Positions 11,693-26,285 of a stretch of DNA of 64,000 nucleotides are shown one piece after another. Source of the DNA: Auanema rhodensis (lineage: Eukaryota; Animalia; Nematoda); the NCBI GenBank assembly GCA_964057225.1, contig OZ059900.1, positions 22,258,001 through 22,322,000 of the forward strand. The letters run 5' to 3'. The first letter of the stretch is position 1. Each line of letters opens with the position of its first letter. Both the position numbers and the translations under genes were made by a program. Below the pieces are notes generated by a model, which had not been told where the DNA came from, did not search any database, and saw only the letters and a program-made list of their open reading frames with translations.

Positions 11693-13339
11693 TGAAATCG
11701 ATTTTTGTTCATATGTGTTACATACTAAAATGAAGCATTTTACATGCTGAACACTAGAAAAATACAAAAACACAGTATTTCTCATGAGAAATATTTTATT
11801 ATGCTGGAAAACCAGTTTTTGGAAATTTCGCTGTAAACAAGGTTTTGACTTACGATTTCATGTGTTCAAACTCATGCAATGTCAATGAAACCTAGCTCAA
11901 AATTGTTTGTACAACGTCTAGTTCCACTTTCACGACAAAAAAACAAGGGTTAGAAAATTAAGGAAATTAGCATATTCTGAGGGCACGCCCCTTATGGCTA
12001 ATATTGATTAAATCGATTTTTGTTCATATGAGTAGTCAAATGCAACGAATTTCAGCGTGTTACATACTAAAATGAAGCATTTTACATGCTGAACACTAGA
12101 AAAATACAAAAACACAGTATTTCCCATGAGAAATATTTTATTATGCTGGAAAACCAGTTTTTGGAATTTTCGCTGTAAACAAGGTTTTGACTTACGATTT
12201 CATGTGTTCAAACTCATGCAATGTCAATGAAACCTAGCTCAAAATTGTTCGTACAACGTCTAGTTCCACTTTCACGACAAAAAAACAGGGGTTAGAAAAT
12301 TAAGGAAATTAGCATATTCTGAGGGCACGCCCCTTATGGCTAATATTGATTAAATCGATTTTTGTTCATATGAGTCGTCAAATGCAACGAATTTCAGCGT
12401 GTTACATACTAAAATGAAGCATTTTACATGCTGAACACTAGAAAAATACAAAAACACAGTATTTCCCATGAGAAATATTTTATTATGCTGGAAAACCAGT
12501 TTTTGGAAATTTCGCTGTAAACAAGGTTTTGACTTACGATTTCATGTGTTCAAACTCATGCAATGTCAATGAAACCTAGCTCAAAATTGTTCGTACAACG
12601 TCTAGTTCCACTTTCACGACAAAAAAACAGGGGTTAGAAAATTAATGAAATTAGCATATTCTGAGGGCACGCCCCTTATGGCTAATATTGATTAAATCGA
12701 TTTTTGTTCATATGAGTCGTCAAATGCAACGAATTTCATCGTGTTACATACTAAAATTAAGCATTTTACATGCTGAACACTAGAAAAATACAAAAACACA
12801 GTATTTCTCATGAGAAATATTTTATTATGCTGGAAAACCAGTTTTTGGAAATTTCGCTGTAAACAAGGTTTTGACTTACGATTTCATGTGTTCAAACTCA
12901 TGCAATGTCAATGAAACCTAGCTCAAAATTGTTTGTACAACGTCTAGTTCCACTTTCACGACAAAAAAACAGGGGTTAGAAAATTAAGGAAATTAGCATA
13001 TTCTGAGGGCACGCCCCTTATGGCTAATATTGATTAAATCGATTTTTGTTCATATGAGTAGTCAAATGCAACGAATTTCAGCGTGTTACATACTAAAATG
13101 AAGCATTTTACATGCTGAACACTAGAAAAATACAAAAACACAGTATTTCCCATGAGAAATATTTTATTATGCTGGAAAACCAGTTTTTGGAATTTTCGCT
13201 GTAAACAAGGTTTTGACTTACGATTTCATGTGTTCAAACTCATGCAATGTCAATGAAACCTAGCTCAAAATTGTTCGTACAACGTCTAGTTCCACTTTCA
13301 CGACAAAAAAACAGGGGTTAGAAAATTAAGGAAATTAGC

Positions 13340-13761
13340 ATTTTTCTAGTGTTCAGCATGTAAAATGCTTCATTTTAGTATGTAACACGCTGAAATTCGT
13401 TGCATTTGACGACTCATATGAACAAAAATCGATTTAATCAATATTAGCCATAAGGGGCGTGCCCTCAGAATATGCTAATTTCCTTAATTTTCTAACCCCT
13501 GTTTTTTTGTCGTGAAAGTGGAACTAGACGTTGTACGAACAATTTTGAGCTAGGTTTCATTGACATTGCATGAGTTTGAACACATGAAATCGTAAGTCAA
13601 AACCTTGTTTACAGCGAAATTTCCAAAAACTGGTTTTCCAGCATAATAAAATAATTCTCATGAGAAATACTGTGTTTTTGTATTTTTCTAGTGTTCAGCA
13701 TGTAAAATGCTTCATTTTAGTATGTAACACGCTGAAATTCGTTGCATTTGACGACTCACAT
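13340..13761 (-). repeat. Inversion cassette 9, long form (422 bp)
   Basis: Same junctions; followed by sub-variant GTTCTTATGTG at 13780. Confidence 0.95.
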
Positions 13762-15066
13762 TGAAATCGATTTTTGTTCTTATGTGTTACATACTAAAAT
13801 GAAGCATTTTACATGCTGAACACTAGAAAAATACAAAAACACAGTATTTCTCATGAGAAATATTTTATTATGCTGGAAAACCAGTTTTTGGAATTTTCGC
13901 TGTAAACAAGGTTTTGACTTACGATTTCATGTGTTCAAACTCATGCAATGTCAATGAAACCTAGCTCAAAATTGTTCGTACAACGTCTAGTTCCACTTTC
14001 ACGACAAAAAAACAGGGGTTAGAAAATTAAGGAAATTAGCATATTCTGAGGGCACGCCCCTTATGGCTAATATTGATTAAATCGATTTTTGTTCATATGA
14101 GTCGTCAAATGCAACGAATTTCAGCGTGTTACATACTAAAATGAAGCATTTTACATGCTGAACACTAGAAAAATACAAAAACACAGTATTTCCCATGAGA
14201 AATATTTTATTATGCTGGAAAACCAGTTTTTGGAAATTTCGCTGTAAACAAGGTTTTGACTTACGATTTCATGTGTTCAAACTCATGCAATGTCAATGAA
14301 ACCTAGCTCAAAATTGTTCCTACAACGTCTAGTTCCACTTTCACGACAAAAAAACAGGGGTTAGAAAATTAATGAAATTAGCATATTCTGAGGGCACGCC
14401 CCTTATGGCTAATATTGATTAAATCGATTTTTGTTCATATGAGTCGTCAAATGCAACGAATTTCATCGTGTTACATACTAAAATTAAGCATTTTACATGC
14501 TGAACACTAGAAAAATACAAAAACACAGTATTTCTCATGAGAAATATTTTATTATGCTGGAAAACCAGTTTTTGGAAATTTCGCTGTAAACAAGGTTTTG
14601 ACTTACGATTTCATGTGTTCAAACTCATGCAATGTCAATGAAACCTAGCTCAAAATTGTTTGTACAACGTCTAGTTCCACTTTCACGACAAAAAAACAGG
14701 GGTTAGAAAATTAAGGAAATTAGCATATTCTGAGGGCACGCCCCTTATGGCTAATATTGATTAAATCGATTTTTGTTCATATGAGTAGTCAAATGCAACG
14801 AATTTCAGCGTGTTACATACTAAAATGAAGCATTTTACATGCTGAACACTAGAAAAATACAAAAACACAGTATTTCCCATGAGAAATATTTTATTATGCT
14901 GGAAAACCAGTTTTTGGAATTTTCGCTGTAAACAAGGTTTTGACTTACGATTTCATGTGTTCAAACTCATGCAATGTCAATGAAACCTAGCTCAAAATTG
15001 TTCGTACAACGTCTAGTTCCACTTTCACGACAAAAAAACAGGGGTTAGAAAATTAAGGAAATTAGC

Positions 15067-15488
15067 ATTTTTCTAGTGTTCAGCATGTAAAATGCTTCAT
15101 TTTAGTATGTAACACGCTGAAATTCGTTGCATTTGACGACTCATATGAACAAAAATCGATTTAATCAATATTAGCCATAAGGGGCGTGCCCTCAGAATAT
15201 GCTAATTTCCTTAATTTTCTAACCCCTGTTTTTTTGTCGTGAAAGTGGAACTAGACGTTGTACGAACAATTTTGAGCTAGGTTTCATTGACATTGCATGA
15301 GTTTGAACACATGAAATCGTAAGTCAAAACCTTGTTTACAGCGAAATTTCCAAAAACTGGTTTTCCAGCATAATAAAATAATTCTCATGAGAAATACTGT
15401 GTTTTTGTATTTTTCTAGTGTTCAGCATGTAAAATGCTTCATTTTAGTATGTAACACGCTGAAATTCGTTGCATTTGACGACTCACAT
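15067..15488 (-). repeat. Inversion cassette 10, long form (422 bp)
   Basis: Same junctions; followed by AAAACATTGTAT variant at ~15569. Confidence 0.95.
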
Positions 15489-15499
15489 TGAAATCGATT

Positions 15500-17600
15500 T
15501 TTGTTCATATGTGTTACATACTAAAATGAAGCATTTTACATGCTGAACACTAGAAAAATACAAAAACATTGTATTTCTCATGAGAAATATTTTATTATGC
15601 TGGAAAACCAGTTTTTGGAAATTTCGCTGTAAACAAGGTTTTGACTTACGATTTCATGTGTTCAAACTCATGCAATGTCAATGAAACCTAGCTCAAAATT
15701 GTTTGTACAACGTCTAGTTCCACTTTCACGACAAAAAAACAAGGGTTAGAAAATTAAGGAAATTAGCATATTCTGAGGGCACGCCCCTTATGGCTAATAT
15801 TGATTAAATCGATTTTTGTTCATATGAGTAGTCAAATGCAACGAATTTCAGCGTGTTACATACTAAAATGAACCATTTTACATGCTGAACACTAGAAAAA
15901 TACAAAAACACAGTATTTCCCATGAGAAATATTTTATTATGCTGGAAAACCAGTTTTTGGAATTTTCGCTGTAAACAAGGTTTTGACTTACGATTTCATG
16001 TGTTCAAACTCATGCAATGTCAATGAAACCTAGCTCAAAATTGTTCGTACAACGTCTAGTTCCACTTTCACGACAAAAAAACAGGGGTTAGAAAATTTAG
16101 GAAATTAGCATATTCTGAGGGCACGCCCCTTATGGCTAATATTGATTAAATCGATTTTTGTTCATATGAGTCGTCAAATGCGACGAATTTCAGCGTGTTA
16201 CATACTAAAATGAAGCATTTCACATGCTGAACACTAGAAAAATACAAAAACACAGTATTTTCCATGAGAAATATTTTATTATGCTGGAAAACCAGTTTTT
16301 GGAAATTTCGCTGTAAACAAGGTTTTGACTTACGATTTCATGTGTTCAAACTCATGCAATGTCAATGAAACCTAGCTCAAAATTGTTCGTACAACGTCTA
16401 GTTCCACTTTCACGACAAAAAAACAGGGGTTAGAAAATTAAGGAAATTAGCATATTCTGAGGGCACGCCCCTTATGGCTAATATTGATTAAATCGATTTT
16501 TGTTCATATGAGTCGTCAAATGCAACGAATTTCAGCGTGTTACATACTAAAATGAAGCATTTTACATGCTGAACACTAGAAAAATACAAAAACATTGTAT
16601 TTCTCATGAGAAATATTTTATTATGCTGGAAAACCAGTTTTTGGAAATTTCGCTGTAAACAAGGTTTTGACTTACGATTTCATGTGTTCAAACTCATGCA
16701 ATGTCAATGAAACCTAGCTCAAAATTGTTTGTACAACGTCTAGTTCCACTTTCACGACAAAAAAACAAGGGTTAGAAAATTAAGGAAATTAGCATATTCT
16801 GAGGGCACGCCCCTTATGGCTAATATTGATTAAATCGATTTTTGTTCATATGAGTAGTCAAATGCAACGAATTTCAGCGTGTTACATACTAAAATGAACC
16901 ATTTTACATGCTGAACACTAGAAAAATACAAAAACACAGTATTTCCCATGAGAAATATTTTATTATGCTGGAAAACCAGTTTTTGGAATTTTCGCTGTAA
17001 ACAAGGTTTTGACTTACGATTTCATGTGTTCAAACTCATGCAATGTCAATGAAACCTAGCTCAAAATTGTTCGTACAACGTCTAGTTCCACTTTCACGAC
17101 AAAAAAACAGGGGTTAGAAAATTTAGGAAATTAGCATATTCTGAGGGCACGCCCCTTATGGCTAATATTGATTAAATCGATTTTTGTTCATATGAGTCGT
17201 CAAATGCGACGAATTTCAGCGTGTTACATACTAAAATGAAGCATTTCACATGCTGAACACTAGAAAAATACAAAAACACAGTATTTTCCATGAGAAATAT
17301 TTTATTATGCTGGAAAACCAGTTTTTGGAAATTTCGCTGTAAACAAGGTTTTGACTTACGATTTCATGTGTTCAAACTCATGCAATGTCAATGAAACCTA
17401 GCTCAAAATTGTTCGTACAACGTCTAGTTCCACTTTCACGACAAAAAAACAGGGGTTAGAAAATTAAGGAAATTAGCATATTCTGAGGGCACGCCCCTTA
17501 TGGCTAATATTGATTAAATCGATTTTTGTTCATATGAGTCGTCAAATGCAACGAATTTCAGCGTGTTACATACTAAAATGAAGCATTTTACATGCTGAAC
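15500..17600 (+). repeat. 3-monomer (1026-bp) tandem duplication, copied again at ~23.4-25.5 kb
   Basis: CATTGTAT variant at 15569 and 16595, and at 23485 and 24511; TGCGACG variant at 16182 and 17208. Confidence 0.85.
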
Positions 17601-19870
17601 ACTAGAAAAATACAAAAACACAGTATTTCCCATGAGAAATATTTTATTATGCTGGAAAACCAGTTTTTGGAAATTTCGCTGTAAACAAGGTTTTGACTTA
17701 TGATTTCATGTGTTAAAACTCATGCAATGTCAATGAAACCTGGCTCAAAATTGTTCGTACAACGTCTAGTTCCACTTTCACGACAAAAAAACAGGGGTTA
17801 GAAAATTAAGGAAATTAGCATATTCTGAGGGCACGCCCCTTATGGCTAATATTGATTAAATCGATTTTTGTTCATATGAGTCGTCAAATGCAACGAATTT
17901 CAGCGTGTTACATACTAAAATGAAGCATTTTACATGCTGAACACTAGAAAAATACAAAAACACAGTATTTCCCATGAGAAATATTTTATTATGCTGGAAA
18001 ACCAGTTTTTGGAAATTTCGCTGTAAACAAGGTTTTGACTTATGATTTCATGTGTTAAAACTCATGCAATGTCAATGAAACCTAGCTCAAAATTGTTCGT
18101 ACAACGTCTAGTTCCACTTTCACGACAAAAAACAGGGGTTAGAAAATTAAGGAAATTAGCATATTCTGAGGGCACGCCACTTATGGCTAATATTGATTAA
18201 ATCGATTTTTGTTCATATGAGTCGTCAAATGCAACGAATTTCAGCGTGTTACAAACTAAAATGAAGCATTTTACATGCTGAACACTAGAAAAATACAAAA
18301 ACACAGTATTTCCCATGAGAAATATTTTATTATGCTGGAAAACCAGTTTTTGGAAATTTCGCTGTAAACAAGGTTTTGACTTACGATTTCATGTGTTCAA
18401 ACTCATGCAATGTCAATGAAACCTAGCTCAAAATTGTTTGTACAACGTCTAGTTCCACTTTCACGACAAAAAAACAAGGGTTAGAAAATTAAGGAAATTA
18501 GCATATTCTGAGGGCACGCCCCTTATGGCTAATATTGATTAAATCGATTTTTGTTCATATGAGTAGTCAAATGCAACGAATTTCAGCGTGTTACATACTA
18601 AAATGAAGCATTTTACATGCTGAACACTAGAAAAATACAAAAACACAGTATTTCCCATGAGAAATATTTTATTATGCTGGAAAACCAGTTTTTGGAATTT
18701 TCGCTGTAAACAAGGTTTTGACTTACGATTTCATGTGTTCAAACTCATGCAATGTCAATGAAACCTAGCTCAAAATTGTTCGTACAACGTCTAGTTCCAC
18801 TTTCACGACAAAAAAACAGGGGTTAGAAAATTAAGGAAATTAGCATATTCTGAGGGCACGCCCCTTATGGCTAATATTGATTAAATCGATTTTTGTTCAT
18901 ATGAGTCGTCAAATGCAACGAATTTCAGCGTGTTACATACTAAAATGAAGCATTTTACATGCTGAACACTAGAAAAATACAAAAACACAGTATTTCCCAT
19001 GAGAAATATTTTATTATGCTGGAAAACCAGTTTTTGGAAATTTCGCTGTAAACAAGGTTTTGACTTACGATTTCATGTGTTCAAACTCATGCAATGTCAA
19101 TGAAACCTAGCTCAAAATTGTTCGTACAACGTCTAGTTCCACTTTCACGACAAAAAAACAGGGGTTAGAAAATTAATGAAATTAGCATATTCTGAGGGCA
19201 CGCCCCTTATGGCTAATATTGATTAAATCGATTTTTGTTCATATGAGTCGTCAAATGCAACGAATTTCATCGTGTTACATACTAAAATTAAGCATTTTAC
19301 ATGCTGAACACTAGAAAAATACAAAAACACAGTATTTCTCATGAGAAATATTTTATTATGCTGGAAAACCAGTTTTTGGAAATTTCGCTGTAAACAAGGT
19401 TTTGACTTACGATTTCATGTGTTCAAACTCATGCAATGTCAATGAAACCTAGCTCAAAATTGTTTGTACAACGTCTAGTTCCACTTTCACGACAAAAAAA
19501 CAGGGGTTAGAAAATTAAGGAAATTAGCATATTCTGAGGGCACGCCCCTTATGGCTAATATTGATTAAATCGATTTTTGTTCATATGAGTAGTCAAATGC
19601 AACGAATTTCAGCGTGTTACATACTAAAATGAAGCATTTTACATGCTGAACACTAGAAAAATACAAAAACACAGTATTTCCCATGAGAAATATTTTATTA
19701 TGCTGGAAAACCAGTTTTTGGAATTTTCGCTGTAAACAAGGTTTTGACTTACGATTTCATGTGTTCAAACTCATGCAATGTCAATGAAACCTAGCTCAAA
19801 ATTGTTCGTACAACGTCTAGTTCCACTTTCACGACAAAAAAACAGGGGTTAGAAAATTAAGGAAATTAGC

Positions 19871-20292
19871 ATTTTTCTAGTGTTCAGCATGTAAAATGCT
19901 TCATTTTAGTATGTAACACGCTGAAATTCGTTGCATTTGACGACTCATATGAACAAAAATCGATTTAATCAATATTAGCCATAAGGGGCGTGCCCTCAGA
20001 ATATGCTAATTTCCTTAATTTTCTAACCCCTGTTTTTTTGTCGTGAAAGTGGAACTAGACGTTGTACGAACAATTTTGAGCTAGGTTTCATTGACATTGC
20101 ATGAGTTTGAACACATGAAATCGTAAGTCAAAACCTTGTTTACAGCGAAATTTCCAAAAACTGGTTTTCCAGCATAATAAAATAATTCTCATGAGAAATA
20201 CTGTGTTTTTGTATTTTTCTAGTGTTCAGCATGTAAAATGCTTCATTTTAGTATGTAACACGCTGAAATTCGTTGCATTTGACGACTCACAT
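19871..20292 (-). repeat. Inversion cassette 11, long form (422 bp); duplicate of cassette 9
   Basis: Offset 6531 from cassette 9; shares GTTCTTATGTG (20311). Confidence 0.95.
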
Positions 20293-21597
20293 TGAAATCG
20301 ATTTTTGTTCTTATGTGTTACATACTAAAATGAAGCATTTTACATGCTGAACACTAGAAAAATACAAAAACACAGTATTTCTCATGAGAAATATTTTATT
20401 ATGCTGGAAAACCAGTTTTTGGAATTTTCGCTGTAAACAAGGTTTTGACTTACGATTTCATGTGTTCAAACTCATGCAATGTCAATGAAACCTAGCTCAA
20501 AATTGTTCGTACAACGTCTAGTTCCACTTTCACGACAAAAAAACAGGGGTTAGAAAATTAAGGAAATTAGCATATTCTGAGGGCACGCCCCTTATGGCTA
20601 ATATTGATTAAATCGATTTTTGTTCATATGAGTCGTCAAATGCAACGAATTTCAGCGTGTTACATACTAAAATGAAGCATTTTACATGCTGAACACTAGA
20701 AAAATACAAAAACACAGTATTTCCCATGAGAAATATTTTATTATGCTGGAAAACCAGTTTTTGGAAATTTCGCTGTAAACAAGGTTTTGACTTACGATTT
20801 CATGTGTTCAAACTCATGCAATGTCAATGAAACCTAGCTCAAAATTGTTCGTACAACGTCTAGTTCCACTTTCACGACAAAAAAACAGGGGTTAGAAAAT
20901 TAATGAAATTAGCATATTCTGAGGGCACGCCCCTTATGGCTAATATTGATTAAATCGATTTTTGTTCATATGAGTCGTCAAATGCAACGAATTTCATCGT
21001 GTTACATACTAAAATTAAGCATTTTACATGCTGAACACTAGAAAAATACAAAAACACAGTATTTCTCATGAGAAATATTTTATTATGCTGGAAAACCAGT
21101 TTTTGGAAATTTCGCTGTAAACAAGGTTTTGACTTACGATTTCATGTGTTCAAACTCATGCAATGTCAATGAAACCTAGCTCAAAATTGTTTGTACAACG
21201 TCTAGTTCCACTTTCACGACAAAAAAACAGGGGTTAGAAAATTAAGGAAATTAGCATATTCTGAGGGCACGCCCCTTATGGCTAATATTGATTAAATCGA
21301 TTTTTGTTCATATGAGTAGTCAAATGCAACGAATTTCAGCGTGTTACATACTAAAATGAAGCATTTTACATGCTGAACACTAGAAAAATACAAAAACACA
21401 GTATTTCCCATGAGAAATATTTTATTATGCTGGAAAACCAGTTTTTGGAATTTTCGCTGTAAACAAGGTTTTGACTTACGATTTCATGTGTTCAAACTCA
21501 TGCAATGTCAATGAAACCTAGCTCAAAATTGTTCGTACAACGTCTAGTTCCACTTTCACGACAAAAAAACAGGGGTTAGAAAATTAAGGAAATTAGC

Positions 21598-22019
21598 ATT
21601 TTTCTAGTGTTCAGCATGTAAAATGCTTCATTTTAGTATGTAACACGCTGAAATTCGTTGCATTTGACGACTCATATGAACAAAAATCGATTTAATCAAT
21701 ATTAGCCATAAGGGGCGTGCCCTCAGAATATGCTAATTTCCTTAATTTTCTAACCCCTGTTTTTTTGTCGTGAAAGTGGAACTAGACGTTGTACGAACAA
21801 TTTTGAGCTAGGTTTCATTGACATTGCATGAGTTTGAACACATGAAATCGTAAGTCAAAACCTTGTTTACAGCGAAATTTCCAAAAACTGGTTTTCCAGC
21901 ATAATAAAATAATTCTCATGAGAAATACTGTGTTTTTGTATTTTTCTAGTGTTCAGCATGTAAAATGCTTCATTTTAGTATGTAACACGCTGAAATTCGT
22001 TGCATTTGACGACTCACAT
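21598..22019 (-). repeat. Inversion cassette 12, long form (422 bp); duplicate of cassette 10
   Basis: Offset 6531 from cassette 10; shares AAAACATTGTAT (22100). Confidence 0.95.
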
Positions 22020-22409
22020 TGAAATCGATTTTTGTTCATATGTGTTACATACTAAAATGAAGCATTTTACATGCTGAACACTAGAAAAATACAAAAACAT
22101 TGTATTTCTCATGAGAAATATTTTATTATGCTGGAAAACCAGTTTTTGGAAATTTCGCTGTAAACAAGGTTTTGACTTACGATTTCATGTGTTCAAACTC
22201 ATGCAATGTCAATGAAACCTAGCTCAAAATTGTTTGTACAACGTCTAGTTCCACTTTCACGACAAAAAAACAAGGGTTAGAAAATTAAGGAAATTAGCAT
22301 ATTCTGAGGGCACGCCCCTTATGGCTAATATTGATTAAATCGATTTTTGTTCATATGAGTAGTCAAATGCAACGAATTTCAGCGTGTTACATACTAAAAT
22401 GAACCATTT

Positions 22410-25400
22410 TACATGCTGAACACTAGAAAAATACAAAAACACAGTATTTCTCATGAGAAATATTTTATTATGCTGGAAAACCAGTTTTTGGAAATTTCGC
22501 TGTAAACAAGGTTTTGACTTACGATTTCATGTGTTCAAACTCATGCAATGTCAATGAAACCTAGCTCAAAATTGTTTGTACAACGTCTAGTTCCACTTTC
22601 ACGACAAAAAAACAGGGGTTAGAAAATTAAGGAAATTAGCATATTCTGAGGGCACGCCCCTTATGGCTAATATTGATTAAATCGATTTTTGTTCATATGA
22701 GTAGTCAAATGCAACGAATTTCAGCGTGTTACATACTAAAATGAAGCATTTTACATGCTGAACACTAGAAAAATACAAAAACACAGTATTTCCCATGAGA
22801 AATATTTTATTATGCTGGAAAACCAGTTTTTGGAATTTTCGCTGTAAACAAGGTTTTGACTTACGATTTCATGTGTTCAAACTCATGCAATGTCAATGAA
22901 ACCTAGCTCAAAATTGTTCGTACAACGTCTAGTTCCACTTTCACGACAAAAAAACAGGGGTTAGAAAATTAAGGAAATTAGCATTTTTCTAGTGTTCAGC
23001 ATGTAAAATGCTTCATTTTAGTATGTAACACGCTGAAATTCGTTGCATTTGACGACTCATATGAACAAAAATCGATTTAATCAATATTAGCCATAAGGGG
23101 CGTGCCCTCAGAATATGCTAATTTCCTTAATTTTCTAACCCCTGTTTTTTTGTCGTGAAAGTGGAACTAGACGTTGTACGAACAATTTTGAGCTAGGTTT
23201 CATTGACATTGCATGAGTTTGAACACATGAAATCGTAAGTCAAAACCTTGTTTACAGCGAAATTTCCAAAAACTGGTTTTCCAGCATAATAAAATAATTC
23301 TCATGAGAAATACTGTGTTTTTGTATTTTTCTAGTGTTCAGCATGTAAAATGCTTCATTTTAGTATGTAACACGCTGAAATTCGTTGCATTTGACGACTC
23401 ACATTGAAATCGATTTTTGTTCATATGTGTTACATACTAAAATGAAGCATTTTACATGCTGAACACTAGAAAAATACAAAAACATTGTATTTCTCATGAG
23501 AAATATTTTATTATGCTGGAAAACCAGTTTTTGGAAATTTCGCTGTAAACAAGGTTTTGACTTACGATTTCATGTGTTCAAACTCATGCAATGTCAATGA
23601 AACCTAGCTCAAAATTGTTTGTACAACGTCTAGTTCCACTTTCACGACAAAAAAACAAGGGTTAGAAAATTAAGGAAATTAGCATATTCTGAGGGCACGC
23701 CCCTTATGGCTAATATTGATTAAATCGATTTTTGTTCATATGAGTAGTCAAATGCAACGAATTTCAGCGTGTTACATACTAAAATGAACCATTTTACATG
23801 CTGAACACTAGAAAAATACAAAAACACAGTATTTCCCATGAGAAATATTTTATTATGCTGGAAAACCAGTTTTTGGAATTTTCGCTGTAAACAAGGTTTT
23901 GACTTACGATTTCATGTGTTCAAACTCATGCAATGTCAATGAAACCTAGCTCAAAATTGTTCGTACAACGTCTAGTTCCACTTTCACGACAAAAAAACAG
24001 GGGTTAGAAAATTTAGGAAATTAGCATATTCTGAGGGCACGCCCCTTATGGCTAATATTGATTAAATCGATTTTTGTTCATATGAGTCGTCAAATGCGAC
24101 GAATTTCAGCGTGTTACATACTAAAATGAAGCATTTCACATGCTGAACACTAGAAAAATACAAAAACACAGTATTTTCCATGAGAAATATTTTATTATGC
24201 TGGAAAACCAGTTTTTGGAAATTTCGCTGTAAACAAGGTTTTGACTTACGATTTCATGTGTTCAAACTCATGCAATGTCAATGAAACCTAGCTCAAAATT
24301 GTTCGTACAACGTCTAGTTCCACTTTCACGACAAAAAAACAGGGGTTAGAAAATTAAGGAAATTAGCATATTCTGAGGGCACGCCCCTTATGGCTAATAT
24401 TGATTAAATCGATTTTTGTTCATATGAGTCGTCAAATGCAACGAATTTCAGCGTGTTACATACTAAAATGAAGCATTTTACATGCTGAACACTAGAAAAA
24501 TACAAAAACATTGTATTTCTCATGAGAAATATTTTATTATGCTGGAAAACCAGTTTTTGGAAATTTCGCTGTAAACAAGGTTTTGACTTACGATTTCATG
24601 TGTTCAAACTCATGCAATGTCAATGAAACCTAGCTCAAAATTGTTTGTACAACGTCTAGTTCCACTTTCACGACAAAAAAACAAGGGTTAGAAAATTAAG
24701 GAAATTAGCATATTCTGAGGGCACGCCCCTTATGGCTAATATTGATTAAATCGATTTTTGTTCATATGAGTAGTCAAATGCAACGAATTTCAGCGTGTTA
24801 CATACTAAAATGAACCATTTTACATGCTGAACACTAGAAAAATACAAAAACACAGTATTTCCCATGAGAAATATTTTATTATGCTGGAAAACCAGTTTTT
24901 GGAATTTTCGCTGTAAACAAGGTTTTGACTTACGATTTCATGTGTTCAAACTCATGCAATGTCAATGAAACCTAGCTCAAAATTGTTCGTACAACGTCTA
25001 GTTCCACTTTCACGACGAAAAAACAGGGGTTAGAAAATTTAGGAAATTAGCATATTCTGAGGGCACGCCCCTTATGGCTAATATTGATTAAATCGATTTT
25101 TGTTCATATGAGTCGTCAAATGCGACGAATTTCAGCGTGTTACATACTAAAATGAAGCATTTCACATGCTGAACACTAGAAAAATACAAAAACACAGTAT
25201 TTTCCATGAGAAATATTTTATTATGCTGGAAAACCAGTTTTTGGAAATTTCGCTGTAAACAAGGTTTTGACTTACGATTTCATGTGTTCAAACTCATGCA
25301 ATGTCAATGAAACCTAGCTCAAAATTGTTCGTACAACGTCTAGTTCCACTTTCACGACAAAAAAACAGGGGTTAGAAAATTAAGGAAATTAGCATATTCT

Positions 25401-26285
25401 GAGGGCACGCCCCTTATGGCTAATATTGATTAAATCGATTTTTGTTCATATGAGTCGTCAAATGCAACGAATTTCAGCGTGTTACATACTAAAATGAAGC
25501 ATTTTACATGCTGAACACTAGAAAAATACAAAAACACAGTATTTCCCATGAGAAATATTTTATTATGCTGGAAAACCAGTTTTTGGAAATTTCGCTGTAA
25601 ACAAGGTTTTGACTTATGATTTCATGTGTTAAAACTCATGCAATGTCAATGAAACCTGGCTCAAAATTGTTCGTACAACGTCTAGTTCCACTTTCACGAC
25701 AAAAAAACAGGGGTTAGAAAATTAAGGAAATTAGCATATTCTGAGGGCACGCCCCTTATGGCTAATATTGATTAAATCGATTTTTGTTCATATGAGTCGT
25801 CAAATGCAACGAATTTCAGCGTGTTACATACTAAAATGAAGCATTTTACATGCTGAACACTAGAAAAATACAAAAACACAGTATTTCCCATGAGAAATAT
25901 TTTATTATGCTGGAAAACCAGTTTTTGGAAATTTCGCTGTAAACAAGGTTTTGACTTATGATTTCATGTGTTAAAACTCATGCAATGTCAATGAAACCTA
26001 GCTCAAAATTGTTCGTACAACGTCTAGTTCCACTTTCACGACAAAAAACAGGGGTTAGAAAATTAAGGAAATTAGCATATTCTGAGGGCACGCCACTTAT
26101 GGCTAATATTGATTAAATCGATTTTTGTTCATATGAGTCGTCAAATGCAACGAATTTCAGCGTGTTACAAACTAAAATGAAGCATTTTACATGCTGAACA
26201 CTAGAAAAATACAAAAACACAGTATTTCCCATGAGAAATATTTTATTATGCTGGAAAACCAGTTTTTGGAAATTTCGCTGTAAAC
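22410..26285 (+). repeat. ~3.9-kb block copy of ~14490-18365 (offset 7916)
   Basis: Cassettes 10/13, TGCGACG 16182/24098 and GCCAC 18179/26095 all share offset 7916. Block ends are approximate. Confidence 0.8.
22983..23404 (-). repeat. Inversion cassette 13, long form (422 bp); last inversion in the window
   Basis: Offset 7916 from cassette 10; shares AAAACATTGTAT (23485). No reverse-strand satellite was seen after 23404. Confidence 0.94.

Larger units (their letters stand above)
18320..22446 (+). repeat. ~4.1-kb block copy of ~11790-15915 (offset 6531)
   Basis: Cassettes 9/11 and 10/12 and private SNPs 13780/20311 and 15569/22100 all share offset 6531. Block ends are approximate. Confidence 0.8.
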
